NCBI GenBank assembly: GCA_964612145.1
Contig: CAZTBP010000005.1
Location: forward strand, 71,749-135,748
DNA: 64,000 nucleotides
Source: an uncultured Ignavibacteriales bacterium
GTDB lineage: Bacteria > Zixibacteria > MSB-5A5 > GN15 > FEB-12
Direction of reading: 5' to 3'
Under the pieces are notes generated by a model. The model did no database searches and was not told the origin of the DNA. It saw only the letters and a list, made by a program, of their open reading frames with translations. Below, piece after piece: positions 1 to 10,417 of the stretch; the first letter of the stretch is position 1, and each line of letters starts with the position of its first letter. A program made the position numbers and the translations under genes.

Positions 1-1295
1 TGATTGATCAGGGGGCTGTTGAGAGCGACATCCTGCTGCTGAGTCGCGATGAGGCACACGTGATTGAGGAAGAGCATGTTAATAGAGCCTTCAGTCGGAT
101 CGAAAAAGACCGGGGGGCTATTCGACGCGTCTACTATATGGACCGCATTGTGCGAAACTGGGAATGGTCAGAAGCACGTCAGTATTTCGGTTATGTCCTC
201 TGCCGTGTCAGTGACTTCGTTGGGAGCCGTGGAATCGATGCCATATTTGGTGAAGGGACAATGGCGCACGAGATCCTGACAGCGATGTATTGCAAATTTC
301 ATAGCGCAGCGTATCTGTGTCCTCATACAACCAGAATCCCGGGCGACAGATTCTGTTTTTTCGAGGGCCATCTCCAGAACAGGGTAGTTCCTATGGAGTG
401 GGATTTGAGTGAGAGAGAATGTGAAAATCTTGCGATACAGGCTCGTGACGATGTAGTTTTGCGGAATGCCAAGCCGGCTTACTGGCACTGGGCGAATCGG
501 AAGCCAGTGGTTAACGCTCGTTTTGTCGGCCGTGCGCTTGAAAAAGTGCGCGAAGCTCTCGTTGAATCGGTGCGGGATGCCACCGTGAAGCCGCTGCGAT
601 ATCACCTGAATGTCCAGCCGCAGTATCTCAAGCCCTGGTGGTATCGCAAGGCGGTCAAGTTCAAGTTGTTCGAAAAGCCTCGCGATAACGAAGAGTTCGT
701 GCTTTACACGCTCCACAAGCAGCCGGAAGCCTCCGTCGATGTTATCGGATCAGACTACTCAAACCAGTTTGAAGTCATCAGGGGTATCGCACGAAATCTC
801 CCGGACCATATCCGGCTGTATGTAAAAGAGCATGCCAACAGCCTGGGCGATCGTTCACCCGAGGAGTTGAAAGAGATTAAGAACATCCCTGGTGTGCGGC
901 TTATCCATCCGGCCACGGACATCCACTCGCTGATACGGACGGCTGCACTGGTAACGACCATCTCCGGTACGGTCGCTTTTGAGGCGGGCCTGCATGGTGT
1001 GCCGGCTGTGACGTTTGCCGACATGTATTTCGGACAACTCAGCCGTGTGACCCGGATACATTCGCCGCAGCAGATCTCAGATATATTGAGACGGGAGTGG
1101 GCACCCTACGACTTTGAGCAAGAAGATCTCGGGTTCATGAGTAAACTGATCTCAAATTCGACTGAAGGTCTGATCGGAGATCCCAATGTTGCACCGGCTT
1201 CGGTGACCGAGGAGAATATAGAGAAGGTCATTGGCGGGTTTAAACGTGTGCTTGCCGCTTTGTCAAAGCCGGAACCTCTTGAGGTGGCAATGTGA
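1..1295 (+). CDS. Capsular-polysaccharide biosynthesis-like protein (KpsS/LpsZ-type), probably 5'-partial at window edge
   Basis: ORF track gives 60..1295 (GTG at 60), but the same frame (codons from nt 3) has no stop back to the window edge, so the start may lie upstream. The C-terminal half (LHKQPEASVDV, YVKEHANS, TISGTVAFEAGLHGVPAV) resembles capsule-synthesis transferases. The stop overlaps the next start (GTGA at 1292). Confidence 0.45.
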   Translation, partial: IDQGAVESDILLLSRDEAHVIEEEHVNRAFSRIEKDRGAIRRVYYMDRIVRNWEWSEARQYFGYVLCRVSDFVGSRGIDAIFGEGTMAHEILTAMYCKFHSAAYLCPHTTRIPGDRFCFFEGHLQNRVVPMEWDLSERECENLAIQARDDVVLRNAKPAYWHWANRKPVVNARFVGRALEKVREALVESVRDATVKPLRYHLNVQPQYLKPWWYRKAVKFKLFEKPRDNEEFVLYTLHKQPEASVDVIGSDYSNQFEVIRGIARNLPDHIRLYVKEHANSLGDRSPEELKEIKNIPGVRLIHPATDIHSLIRTAALVTTISGTVAFEAGLHGVPAVTFADMYFGQLSRVTRIHSPQQISDILRREWAPYDFEQEDLGFMSKLISNSTEGLIGDPNVAPASVTEENIEKVIGGFKRVLAALSKPEPLEVAM

Positions 1296-2656
1296 AAGCA
1301 ATCTCTCCGCGAAGATTGATGGCCTATTCACTGGGCGTATGGCTGCTGCTGTTTATTGTCGCACCGATGAGCTACGATGTCCCGGTGCCGCTTGCCGGCT
1401 TGATATTTCTGCTCGGCAACATTGTTGCATTTGTCATCGGAACGGGCACGCATGATTTATCGCGGAAAATAGCCGGGCGAAATCCTGATGTGATCCCGGA
1501 GTCAAATATCGTGCCGGAGAATCGGTCCCGAACGCACCTGATCATAACTCTGTTTATCGTCCTCGGAATAGGCGGTGCATTGCTAAGATATTACGATCTC
1601 TTCGTCATCAAATCATATTTTGCATACGGATCCTATGCTGATTTTCGATTGAACTATGATGCTGCCGCTATTGATTTTGGCCCGGTTTCGGTGTTGTCAT
1701 CAGTTCTATTCCCGTTCTCCGTGCTACCGATGCTGTTGGTTATTTATTACCGGGATATTTCGACCAATATCCAGCGGATTACAGCCTATGCGCTGTCCGG
1801 AGGATTTGTCGTCTATTTTGCTCTGCGTGGCGGTCGGACCGGCATAACGCTGGTGGCGGTGATGGCAGTCATTGCGCTGGTTCTGTCGGGCCGACTGGGA
1901 GCGGTGGTGAGAAGCCGTCGGTTTATCCGGCTGGCTTCAGTGGGCGCAATTGCGTTTGTTGCATTTTTTGTATACTCGGCTACGATTTTAGGTGACCGGC
2001 TGGAGGCGATGGGTTTCACGTTTGTGTCCGGGCTGGAGTATCTTGAGACCGCCCACCACATCACAATGGCCGGGTGGGTGATGGATATTGCTGAGCAAAG
2101 CGAACTGGCCGAGGCTGTGGTCTACACGATCACTAGTCTAGTTCATTATTTCCTTCACGGGTTCTACCAGTTTTCTCTGGAGTTCTCAGCGTTTGAACCC
2201 CAGGGCGTTTTTTATGGTGCATTCCAGTATTACCCGGTAGCAAAATTCTTCAATGTTCTCGGTCTTGAGACCGTGACAGCCGCTCAGCTGTCGGCAGCGA
2301 TGGTCGAGCCGGGTAAATATACAACGTTCTACGGCCCCGTCCTGCAGGACTTCGGATATTTCGGATTTGTCTACTGTGCAGTACTGGGCTTCATCTCGCA
2401 GATATCGTATCGACGAGCCGTAGCCGGCGACAGGCTGCATCGTGTCCTGTATCCGTTTGCTGCGGCTGTCATTCTGCACTCGTCATTCTTGAATATGATC
2501 CAGTCCGGTACCGGCGTGTATTTTCTGACGGCGTTTCTTGCCGGGGGCGTTTTGCTTCGGATCATGGGAGGCGAATCCACGGGATATGCGACCGGTGCTA
2601 TAGAGCTATCACAAGAAGGGGGCAGCCATGAAGCTGCGATTGAACGCCAGAGATGA
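1292..2656 (+). CDS. Polytopic membrane protein, O-antigen/EPS polymerase (Wzy)-like
   Basis: 454-aa ORF with many hydrophobic segments and a larger loop near the C-terminal third. It lies between a capsule-type gene and a GT4 gene. Function is inferred from context only. Confidence 0.5.
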   Translation: MKAISPRRLMAYSLGVWLLLFIVAPMSYDVPVPLAGLIFLLGNIVAFVIGTGTHDLSRKIAGRNPDVIPESNIVPENRSRTHLIITLFIVLGIGGALLRYYDLFVIKSYFAYGSYADFRLNYDAAAIDFGPVSVLSSVLFPFSVLPMLLVIYYRDISTNIQRITAYALSGGFVVYFALRGGRTGITLVAVMAVIALVLSGRLGAVVRSRRFIRLASVGAIAFVAFFVYSATILGDRLEAMGFTFVSGLEYLETAHHITMAGWVMDIAEQSELAEAVVYTITSLVHYFLHGFYQFSLEFSAFEPQGVFYGAFQYYPVAKFFNVLGLETVTAAQLSAAMVEPGKYTTFYGPVLQDFGYFGFVYCAVLGFISQISYRRAVAGDRLHRVLYPFAAAVILHSSFLNMIQSGTGVYFLTAFLAGGVLLRIMGGESTGYATGAIELSQEGGSHEAAIERQR

Positions 2657-3857
2657 TATGACCCGATCTACTGCTTTCCGGGATTTGCGCGTGGCCATCG
2701 TCCACGACTGGCTGGTTACCTACGGCGGTGCCGAGCGGGTGCTGGAACAACTGCTGGTACTTTTTCCGCAGGCCGATCTGTTTTCACTCTATGATTTCAT
2801 CCCGGAGGGGAAACGCGGCTTCATCAGGGACAAAGATGTGACCACTTCGTTTCTCAAAAAACTTCCGATGGCTCGCAAGAGATATCGTGACTATCTCCCC
2901 CTGATGCCGCTGGCGATCGAGCAGTTTGATCTGTCAACCTACGATCTCGTTGTGTCCAGCTCGTATGCGGTGGCAAAGGGTGTGATTACTGGTCCGGATC
3001 AGGTGCATGTCTCTTATGTCCATTCGCCCATTCGCTATGCCTGGGACCTTACTCACGAGTACCTCCAGAGGACCGGGCTCAATAGGGGACTCAAGAGCGT
3101 GATTGTCAGAGCTATCCTGCATTACATCCGACAGTGGGATGTGCGCACGGCCAACGGTGTCGATGCGTTCAGTGCGAATTCACATTTTATCGCCCGCCGA
3201 ATTGAGAAGGTGTACCGTCGAGAGGCAGAAGTGATCCCGCCGCCGGTCGCGGTGGAGCAATTTAAGCTCAAAGAGAAGAAAGAAGACTTTTACCTGACGG
3301 CTTCGCGGCTGGTGCCGTACAAACGGATTGATTTGATCGTTCAGGCATTCTCGCAAATGCCGGACAAGAAACTCGTGGTTATTGGAGAGGGTCCGGAATT
3401 TGAGAAGATCCGGGCGCTGGGTGGCGATAACGTCCAGATGCTTGGTTACCAGCCGTTTGACGTCCTGCATGAGGTGATGCGTAAGGCACGGGGATTTGTG
3501 TTTGCGGCAGAGGAAGATTTTGGCATCATTCCGGTCGAGGCCCAGGCCTGTGGCACACCGGTTATCGCATACGGCAAGGGCGGGGCGCTCGAGACCGTCG
3601 TTGCCGATCAAACCGGTCAGTTCTTTGAATCGCAGACGGTCGAGTCGTTGTGCGACGCAATCGCTCGATTCGATTCCGAGCACTCACATTTTGATCCGGT
3701 GAGAATACGAGCTCATGCTGAGTCGTTTGCGACAGAAAAGTTCCTGGATCGATTCGCTGATTTTGCGTTGAAGTCAATGAATGAATTCTCATCATACCGC
3801 TCTGAAATGCCGATATCACACAGTAGAGAACGGACTTGCGGAGAAATACATGTCTAA
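2628..3857 (+). CDS. Glycosyltransferase family 4 (GT-B, group 1)
   Basis: N-terminus RVAIVHDWLVTYGGAERV and C-terminal EDFGIIPVEAQACGTPVIA are typical GT4 signatures. An AAGGGGG SD lies about 6 nt upstream of ATG 2628. Alternative start ATG 2658. Confidence 0.85.
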   Translation: MKLRLNARDDMTRSTAFRDLRVAIVHDWLVTYGGAERVLEQLLVLFPQADLFSLYDFIPEGKRGFIRDKDVTTSFLKKLPMARKRYRDYLPLMPLAIEQFDLSTYDLVVSSSYAVAKGVITGPDQVHVSYVHSPIRYAWDLTHEYLQRTGLNRGLKSVIVRAILHYIRQWDVRTANGVDAFSANSHFIARRIEKVYRREAEVIPPPVAVEQFKLKEKKEDFYLTASRLVPYKRIDLIVQAFSQMPDKKLVVIGEGPEFEKIRALGGDNVQMLGYQPFDVLHEVMRKARGFVFAAEEDFGIIPVEAQACGTPVIAYGKGGALETVVADQTGQFFESQTVESLCDAIARFDSEHSHFDPVRIRAHAESFATEKFLDRFADFALKSMNEFSSYRSEMPISHSRERTCGEIHV

Positions 3858-4920
3858 TCGCATGACAATACGACGGCCCGGTGACCAGCCGGAAACTGGT
3901 TCGAAAATAAACGTGTTTGAGCTCGCTCGAGTGCTGCTGCACCGGAAGCGAATAATAGTCGGTACCGTGGCTGCCTCCATGCTGATTACGGCGACGATAA
4001 TGCTGATTATCTCCAACAAGTATACCTCGACAGCGACCATTCTACCATCGGGCCAGCAGGACAAAATGGCAGACCTCAAATCACTGGCGGGATTGGCCGG
4101 TGCGGGGGCCACCGGTGAAAACAGTTCGGAGCTGTTTCCGGTTATTCTGGAATCCCAGACTGTGCGGAACGCTGTTTTGGCCGGCGAGTATGAGTTTGAG
4201 CACGATAGCCGGTCGCGGTCGATTCGGCTTAAAGACTACTTTGGGCTGGACAACCCGGATGAACTCATGTCCGCCCTGGCGGAAATCACGTCGGTCTCAC
4301 AGGACAGGAACACCGGCGTCATTCGGATCGGGATAGAGACAGAATTTCCTGGTCTTTCGCAGGCTGTGCTGAGAGAATACATTCACGAATTGGAGTCGTT
4401 CAATCTCCACAAACGCCGCTCGCAGGCGAGTGAACGGGCCGACTATCTCAAGCGGGAACTGGCGCAGCACAAAGAAGCGCTGGCTTCGATCGAAGATTCC
4501 CTGGCGGCGTTTCAGTCGTCAAATCGGGACTGGATGAGTTCCACTGACCCGAGCCTTGCCATAGAGATTGCTCGACTTGAGCGCGAGGTACAGGCTCGCA
4601 CCCAGACTTACATGTATCTAATGAAAGAATACGAAGTCGCCAAGCTGGACGCGCGCAAGGACGTGCCTATTGTCCAGATTTTGGATAAGCCGTCATTGCC
4701 GGCAACGAAGTCCGCCCCGAAACGTAGTATGATTGTTTTACTGGTCGGCTCGATGGCATTTATCCTGGTAATTTTCAGTATTCTGGTCGTTGAAGCCCTC
4801 ACCCGGACGGGTCAGACAGCTGAGCAGGAGTCGTTTCACAGCCTCAAGCAGGAATTTACGCAGGAATTTCCGCGGATCAATCGCCTTGTTAAACGGGTAA
4901 GCGAGAAATCCAAAGGGTAG
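3850..4920 (+). CDS. Wzz/GumC-like polysaccharide chain-length determinant protein
   Basis: N-terminal TM (IIVGTVAASMLITATIMLII) followed by YTSTATILP, a long coiled-coil-like periplasmic region and a C-terminal TM (MIVLLVGSMAFILVIFSILVV). ATG 3850 has a GGAGA SD and overlaps the GT4 stop. The ORF track starts at 3781. Confidence 0.7.
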   Translation: MSNRMTIRRPGDQPETGSKINVFELARVLLHRKRIIVGTVAASMLITATIMLIISNKYTSTATILPSGQQDKMADLKSLAGLAGAGATGENSSELFPVILESQTVRNAVLAGEYEFEHDSRSRSIRLKDYFGLDNPDELMSALAEITSVSQDRNTGVIRIGIETEFPGLSQAVLREYIHELESFNLHKRRSQASERADYLKRELAQHKEALASIEDSLAAFQSSNRDWMSSTDPSLAIEIARLEREVQARTQTYMYLMKEYEVAKLDARKDVPIVQILDKPSLPATKSAPKRSMIVLLVGSMAFILVIFSILVVEALTRTGQTAEQESFHSLKQEFTQEFPRINRLVKRVSEKSKG

Positions 4921-5058
4921 GGGGAGAAGGCCTGAGTTTTGGGTTGCATTTTCTCACGGGCGGTCGTATTATCGGTGTTCTCTCGGCCCAAAAGGCTGCA
5001 ACCGTTCGGTTTGCCCTTGACGACCGAGTAGCGATAGTATAGCTTAGCACAACAATTT

Positions 5059-5140
5059 GGTGGGGTTCCCGAGCGGCCAAAGGGAACAGACTGTAAATCT
5101 GTCGGCGAAGCCTTCGGAGGTTCGAATCCTCCCCCCACCA
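5059..5140 (+). tRNA. tRNA-Tyr (anticodon GTA), class II long variable arm
   Basis: GGTGGGGTTCCCGAGCGGCCAAAGGGAACAGACTGTAAATCTGTC...GGAGGTTCGAATCCTCCCCCCACCA is nearly identical to the E. coli tRNA-Tyr framework. Acceptor GGTGGGG/CCCCACC, anticodon loop CTGTAAA. CCA is not encoded. A T-run follows. Confidence 0.93.
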
Positions 5141-5260
5141 CTTTTTTGTTGCCGCTCATTTCCGGCCGTAGACGGTCAGCACTCACTTTACTGCGTATAC
5201 GCTTGGGACACTCGCCTGAACCCTCACCGGAGATGAAGAATCAAGTCTAATCAGTCAACT

Positions 5261-7906
5261 ATGAATTCTCCCGACCCTCACAAGCCGCTCCGTCAGAATA
5301 TCAGAATGTTGGGGAATATTCTGGGGGATGTCATTACAGGTCTGGAGGGAAAGCCGGTCCTGGATAAAGTGGCGCAGATCAGGGCGTTATCACAAAAAGC
5401 GAGAACCGGCGATACAGAAGCTCGAGCGCAATTAGTGGATGTCGTCAGCAATCTCGATAATCGAGCCCTCCGCCTGATTGCCAAGTCCTTCAACCAGTTT
5501 ATGAACCTGTCCAACATCGCCGAGCAACATCACCGGGTACGCCGGCGTCGGGCCTACCGAAGGCTTTCCGATCCCCGTCCGCAGGCCGGGTCTTTGGAAG
5601 AGTTGGTCCCTCGACTGATGGTGGAGGGTATTAGCAAGCAGCAGATCTTTGATCACCTTCAGGGACTGAATATCGATTTCGTGCTGACAGCTCACCCGAC
5701 TGAAACCCAGCGGCGGACAATGATCCAGAAGTACGATGCCATCGCCGAACATCTCGGACAACTGGACCGCGACGATCTGACGATCGACGAGCGGCACTGG
5801 AGCGAGCAGCAGTTGTATCGCCTTCTACTCTCAGCGTGGGAGACCGATGAATTGCGCCTGACGAAGCCGACACCGGTACAAGAGGCACGATGGGGCTTTG
5901 CGGTGGTTGAACAGACGCTGTGGCATACGGTACCGCACTTCTTGCGGCACCTTGATCTCGTTCTCGAAGAACACACCGGGCAGACACTGCCGGTCGATTT
6001 CAGCCCGATTCACTTTTCCTCCTGGATGGGCGGTGACCGCGATGGCAACCCGAATGTAACAGCCGAAGTTACGCGCGAGGTGCTCCTGCTTGGTCAATGG
6101 GAGGCCGCAGAACTTCTCCGAAAAGACCTGGGGAGACTTCGTTCTGAGCTATCAATGACCTCCTGCTCGGATGAACTTCGAGCCTTTGTTGGCGACGGAC
6201 GGGAGCCGTACAGGATCCTGCTGCGCCGGGTAATCGACAATCTCATTACCGATCAGGAGCACATAAAGCAGGTGCTCGACGGAGCGCGCGAGAAGTTTAG
6301 CCCATCGTATCGCAGCCTTCAGGAGCTCAAAGAGCCGCTGCTGATCTGTTACCGTTCACTGGTCGAGACCGGGATGGAGCCTCTGGCAAACGGTCTCATC
6401 AGAGACATACTCCGCAAACTGGCCTGTTTCGGGCAATCGCTGCTCAGGCTGGATATTCGTCAGGATTCAGGACGGCATACGAGGTTTCTGGATGGCCTCA
6501 CCAAATGTCTGGGCCTGTCCGGCTACGGCTCAATGGGCGAAGAGGACCGCCAAAGCTTCCTCGTGGATGCCTTAACATTCGGGGAGTTCACTCTTCCGGA
6601 CTCATTTCCCGATGATGCTGAAGATATCGAGGTTCTGGAGACATTTCGGCTCATCGCTGCGCAGGATTCCGCCCTGTTTGGTGCCTATGTCATTTCTATG
6701 GCGACAGCGCCATCGGATGTGCTGGCGGTGTATTATCTTCAGCGGTTAGCGGGTGTAGAGGACATGCTGCGTGTCGTGCCCCTGTTTGAGACACTGGCCG
6801 ACCTCGAAAATGCCGCGGAAACAGTGGATAGGCTCCTGCAGATAGAGTGGTTCACCAAGCAGCTCAGTTATTTGGAAGTGATGATCGGCTATTCGGATTC
6901 CACCAAAGACGCCGGGTTCCTTGCCGCATCCTGGGCGCAATACCGAGCACAGGAAGCGCTCATAGCAGTATGCGAAAAGCACGGAGTGCCGTTGAAATTG
7001 TTCCATGGTCGAGGGGGTACTATCAGCCGCGGCGGAGCACCTACCCATCAGGCATTACTGTCACAGCCGCCGGGCGCCGCTCAACAAGGGCTGCGGGTTA
7101 CTGAGCAGGGGGAAGTGATCAGGTTTAAGTTCGGACTTCCGGGAGTGGCTCTTCGGTCACTGGAAGTCTATATGTCGGCGGCGCTGGAGGCCGGTTTGCT
7201 GCCCCCCGCCAAACCGAAAGACAAATGGCGCTCTTTGATACAGGCTTTGGCCGATGAATCAGCGGGGGAATACCGGAGCATCGTCAAGAGTGACAAGCGG
7301 CTTGTCGAATACTTCCTCCAGACAACGCCGATTGAGGAGCTTCAGGAGATTGCGATCGGGAGCCGTCCCACGCGGCGAAAAACGGGTGGGGCTGTCGACA
7401 GTCTCCGGGCTATCCCGTGGGTCTTCGGCTGGACCCAGGTACGTCTGATGCTTCCGGCCTGGCTCGGAACTCAAGTCGTATTCGAAAATCGAGGGATCGA
7501 TCAAGAGACCATATGCGAAATGCTTTCGGACTGGGTCTATTTCCGCAATGTAATCGGAATGCAGGAAATGGTGCTGGCAAAGACATTACCGGACATTACG
7601 GAACTCTATGAACAGACGCTGACTGATGAGCGCCTGCACCCGTTTGGCCGTAAGCTGCGCGAGTACTTACAGGAAGTCACTGAAGGCTGGCTCAAGTTGA
7701 CGGGAAAAAAGGAACTGCTGAGCGATTCACCGGTGATCCGGAGATCTATCGCAGTCCGGAATCCATATACCGATGTGCTGAATATCCTTCAGGTTGAGGC
7801 CCTCAAAAGATACCGAGCGGCTGGGGAAGATCACGATTCGGACCTGCGTGGTGCCCTGCTGCTGACAATAGTAGGCATTGCAGCCGGGATGAGAAACACA
7901 GGGTAG
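5261..7906 (+). CDS. ppc: Phosphoenolpyruvate carboxylase
   Basis: 881 aa with VLTAHPTE, GGDRDGNP, IGYSDSTKDAG, FHGRGGTISRGG and the C-terminal MRNTG signature of PEPC. Confidence 0.95.
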   Translation: MNSPDPHKPLRQNIRMLGNILGDVITGLEGKPVLDKVAQIRALSQKARTGDTEARAQLVDVVSNLDNRALRLIAKSFNQFMNLSNIAEQHHRVRRRRAYRRLSDPRPQAGSLEELVPRLMVEGISKQQIFDHLQGLNIDFVLTAHPTETQRRTMIQKYDAIAEHLGQLDRDDLTIDERHWSEQQLYRLLLSAWETDELRLTKPTPVQEARWGFAVVEQTLWHTVPHFLRHLDLVLEEHTGQTLPVDFSPIHFSSWMGGDRDGNPNVTAEVTREVLLLGQWEAAELLRKDLGRLRSELSMTSCSDELRAFVGDGREPYRILLRRVIDNLITDQEHIKQVLDGAREKFSPSYRSLQELKEPLLICYRSLVETGMEPLANGLIRDILRKLACFGQSLLRLDIRQDSGRHTRFLDGLTKCLGLSGYGSMGEEDRQSFLVDALTFGEFTLPDSFPDDAEDIEVLETFRLIAAQDSALFGAYVISMATAPSDVLAVYYLQRLAGVEDMLRVVPLFETLADLENAAETVDRLLQIEWFTKQLSYLEVMIGYSDSTKDAGFLAASWAQYRAQEALIAVCEKHGVPLKLFHGRGGTISRGGAPTHQALLSQPPGAAQQGLRVTEQGEVIRFKFGLPGVALRSLEVYMSAALEAGLLPPAKPKDKWRSLIQALADESAGEYRSIVKSDKRLVEYFLQTTPIEELQEIAIGSRPTRRKTGGAVDSLRAIPWVFGWTQVRLMLPAWLGTQVVFENRGIDQETICEMLSDWVYFRNVIGMQEMVLAKTLPDITELYEQTLTDERLHPFGRKLREYLQEVTEGWLKLTGKKELLSDSPVIRRSIAVRNPYTDVLNILQVEALKRYRAAGEDHDSDLRGALLLTIVGIAAGMRNTG

Positions 7907-8068
7907 AGATGTTCCAGTCAGACGGCACAGGCTACGTTGGCACGAAGTAGGGCCGTGCGGTGGCATCCCACATGATGATAGTACTAACACTCCCGTATAT
8001 ACCCCACCACATTTTCATCTTTTATTTCGAATGACGCCGCCCACAAGCCGTAGATGGACATTATTGCT

Positions 8069-8084
8069 TGCCAGGCGCTTGGCA
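8069..8084. promoter_or_regulatory. Near-perfect 16-bp palindrome TGCCAGGCGCTTGGCA, candidate operator upstream of the MATE gene
   Basis: 14 of 16 positions are self-complementary. It lies about 50 nt upstream of the preferred MATE start (8135). Inference only; it would be inside the CDS if ATG 8054 is used. Confidence 0.2.
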
Positions 8085-8134
8085 GAAAGTATCTTGGCTC
8101 GACATTGAAGAAGACGGATGAAACGATCGGCGGC

Positions 8135-9508
8135 ATGGATCAACGACCCAACAGAAAGCGTGCTGACTACACTGAGGGACCCATTCTCGGGTCAATCCTT
8201 CGCATGGGTTTGCCGTCGATGTTCGGCTTCCTGAGCCAGAATATATACACGCTCGCCGACACCTTCTGGGTATCGAGACTGCCCGAAAAGGAAGCCGGGG
8301 TCGCAGCGATCACGTTTTTCGCGAATCTGCTTTGGGTTGTTTTTTCCTTCAATCATCTAGTTGGACCAGGATCGGTTGCCGTGATTTCACGACGCTATGG
8401 TCAGAAAGACTTCGCCGCGGCCGAGCGAGCGATCAAAGAAACCGTGCTGCTCAAGCTGATATTCGGTCTCATTATAGGCGTTATCGGATTCTTGTTTATC
8501 CGTCCGCTCATGCAGCTCGTGGGCGCCGAGGGGTTGTCACTTGAACTGGGAATCAGCTACGGCTCGGTTATGTTTTTGGGGCTTCCGATCCTCTTCGCTA
8601 CATATTCTATTTTTACGGCGATGAGAAGCGTGGCTAACCCGCAGCTTGCTATGGGGCTGATGATTGGATCCAATCTGCTGAACCTCGGGCTCGACCCGCT
8701 ATTCATCTTTGGCTGGTTTGGGCTTCCTGAGTGGGGACTGGTTGGGGTGGCCTATGCCTCTGTTACCAGCTTTTCTCTCACGTTTCTTCTTGGGATAGTG
8801 TTGTTCCAATTCGATATAACCAATGTGCGTGTCCGGTTGAACTGGGCCCGCAAGCCGACAATTAAGACCATGTGGCAAATCGTGCGTATCGGTATCCCCG
8901 CCTGGCTGGGAGAACTATCGTTTTCTTCGTCCCGCATGGTGATCACTCCCATAGTGGCCATGTTCGGGACGGCCGTGGTGGCTGCCTACGGAGTCGGCAT
9001 GCAAATATTTGGTTTTGGTATCATGCTTCTGGTGGGAATAGGTTTGGGGCTGTCGTCACTCATTGGACACACTGTCGGCAGCGGAAAAATCGAGCGTGCG
9101 AAAAAGACGGCCGATCAGTCGGTATTGCTGTCGATAGCGATCATGGCGGCCTATGGAGTGGCTGTTTATTTCGGCGCCAGATTCATCATGGACTTGTTCT
9201 TCGAGTCGCCTGAAACGATTGATGCTGGTGTGACACTGTTGCGGATTTTCGCGGTTGGCTTTCCGTTTTACGGAGCGTTCATTATGCTTGAAAACGTTCA
9301 CAGCGGCGTTGGCCTCAATACGCCCGTCATGGTTGTGAACATCATCCAGTCATGGCTGCTTCAGGCGCTGCCGATTCTCGTCGCGGTTAAATTCTTCAAT
9401 ATGCCCGCGACGGTTATCTGGTGGCTGTTTACAATCGCTGGCATGGCTTCGACGCTAGGCATGTATTGGTATTACCGGAAGGGTCGATGGTTGACGGCTG
9501 AGGTGTAG
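8135..9508 (+). CDS. MATE family efflux transporter
   Basis: Typical MATE N-terminus (GPILGSILRMGLPSMFGFLSQNIYTLADTFWVSRL), 12 hydrophobic segments and two-fold internal symmetry. The ORF track starts at 8054; ATG 8135 is preferred. Confidence 0.85.
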   Translation: MDQRPNRKRADYTEGPILGSILRMGLPSMFGFLSQNIYTLADTFWVSRLPEKEAGVAAITFFANLLWVVFSFNHLVGPGSVAVISRRYGQKDFAAAERAIKETVLLKLIFGLIIGVIGFLFIRPLMQLVGAEGLSLELGISYGSVMFLGLPILFATYSIFTAMRSVANPQLAMGLMIGSNLLNLGLDPLFIFGWFGLPEWGLVGVAYASVTSFSLTFLLGIVLFQFDITNVRVRLNWARKPTIKTMWQIVRIGIPAWLGELSFSSSRMVITPIVAMFGTAVVAAYGVGMQIFGFGIMLLVGIGLGLSSLIGHTVGSGKIERAKKTADQSVLLSIAIMAAYGVAVYFGARFIMDLFFESPETIDAGVTLLRIFAVGFPFYGAFIMLENVHSGVGLNTPVMVVNIIQSWLLQALPILVAVKFFNMPATVIWWLFTIAGMASTLGMYWYYRKGRWLTAEV

Positions 9509-9518
9509 GGGTAACGTG

Positions 9519-10295
9519 ATGGAATGGTATCATTATGCGTTGACTGTGGCAGCAGGTTTTGCTGCCGGATTTATCAATACGCTGGCCGGAAGCGGCTCGC
9601 TTATCACATTGCCGCTGTTGATATTCCTCGGCCTACCTGCCAACGTAGCCAATGGCACCAACCGTGTCGCAATTCTCCTGCAAACAGCTGTGGCCGTGGG
9701 AAGATTCAAACAGGGAAAGGCAATCACGTTCCGGCGTGGCCTGCTTCTTTCGGCACCGGCGATAATTGGCGCCGTGATTGGGGCCCAGATTGCCGTCGAC
9801 CTCAATGAGCAAGCGATGCGAACGGTAATCGGCATTTTGATGATCGTGATGCTCCTTGTCATTCTAATCCGACCAAAACGATGGCTCAAGGCACAATCGG
9901 AGGCTCTGGCGCAGCGCCCCGGGTGGCTGCAGGTAGGCGTGTTCTTCCTGATCGGACTCTACGGCGGCTTCATTCAGGCCGGTGTAGGGATTTTTCTCCT
10001 GGCCGGACTGGTGCTTGCCGCCGGTTACGAACTGGTTGGTGCGAATGCTGTGAAGAATTTCATTGTTCTCTGTTTTACCGCGTTTGCGCTGGTCGTTTTC
10101 ATACTGAACGATCAGGTCCAATGGGCTATAGGCTTGGTCCTGGCGGCAGGAAGCATGCTGGGAGCGTGGGTAGCGGCACGGATGGCGCTGGAGCGTGGGG
10201 CGCCTTTTGTCCGATGGATATTGATCGCCGTGATCATCGTCTCAGCAGTGGCACTGTTGGGCATTGACGACGCTGTTCGTAACATTTTCCACTGA
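9519..10295 (+). CDS. TauE/SafE family sulfite/anion exporter-like permease
   Basis: 259-aa polytopic protein with GFINTLAGSGSLITLPLL and GTNRVAILLQ motifs typical of TauE/SafE (DUF81). GTG 9516 or ATG 9519. Confidence 0.8.
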   Translation: MEWYHYALTVAAGFAAGFINTLAGSGSLITLPLLIFLGLPANVANGTNRVAILLQTAVAVGRFKQGKAITFRRGLLLSAPAIIGAVIGAQIAVDLNEQAMRTVIGILMIVMLLVILIRPKRWLKAQSEALAQRPGWLQVGVFFLIGLYGGFIQAGVGIFLLAGLVLAAGYELVGANAVKNFIVLCFTAFALVVFILNDQVQWAIGLVLAAGSMLGAWVAARMALERGAPFVRWILIAVIIVSAVALLGIDDAVRNIFH

Positions 10296-10417
10296 CTTTT
10301 GGCTTCAACCGTCAACCGAATACATTATTCAGCAGGCGGATTAAGTACGTATATTACTCAAACAGTATAGCGCACAAGTTATCGACCGCGTTGGTCGAAC
10401 AAACAGGAGACGCTGCC

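Noticed and set aside
8080-8099. TGGCAG...TTGGC resembling a sigma54 -24/-12 element
   Set aside because: The GG-to-GC offset is 16 nt instead of the required 12.
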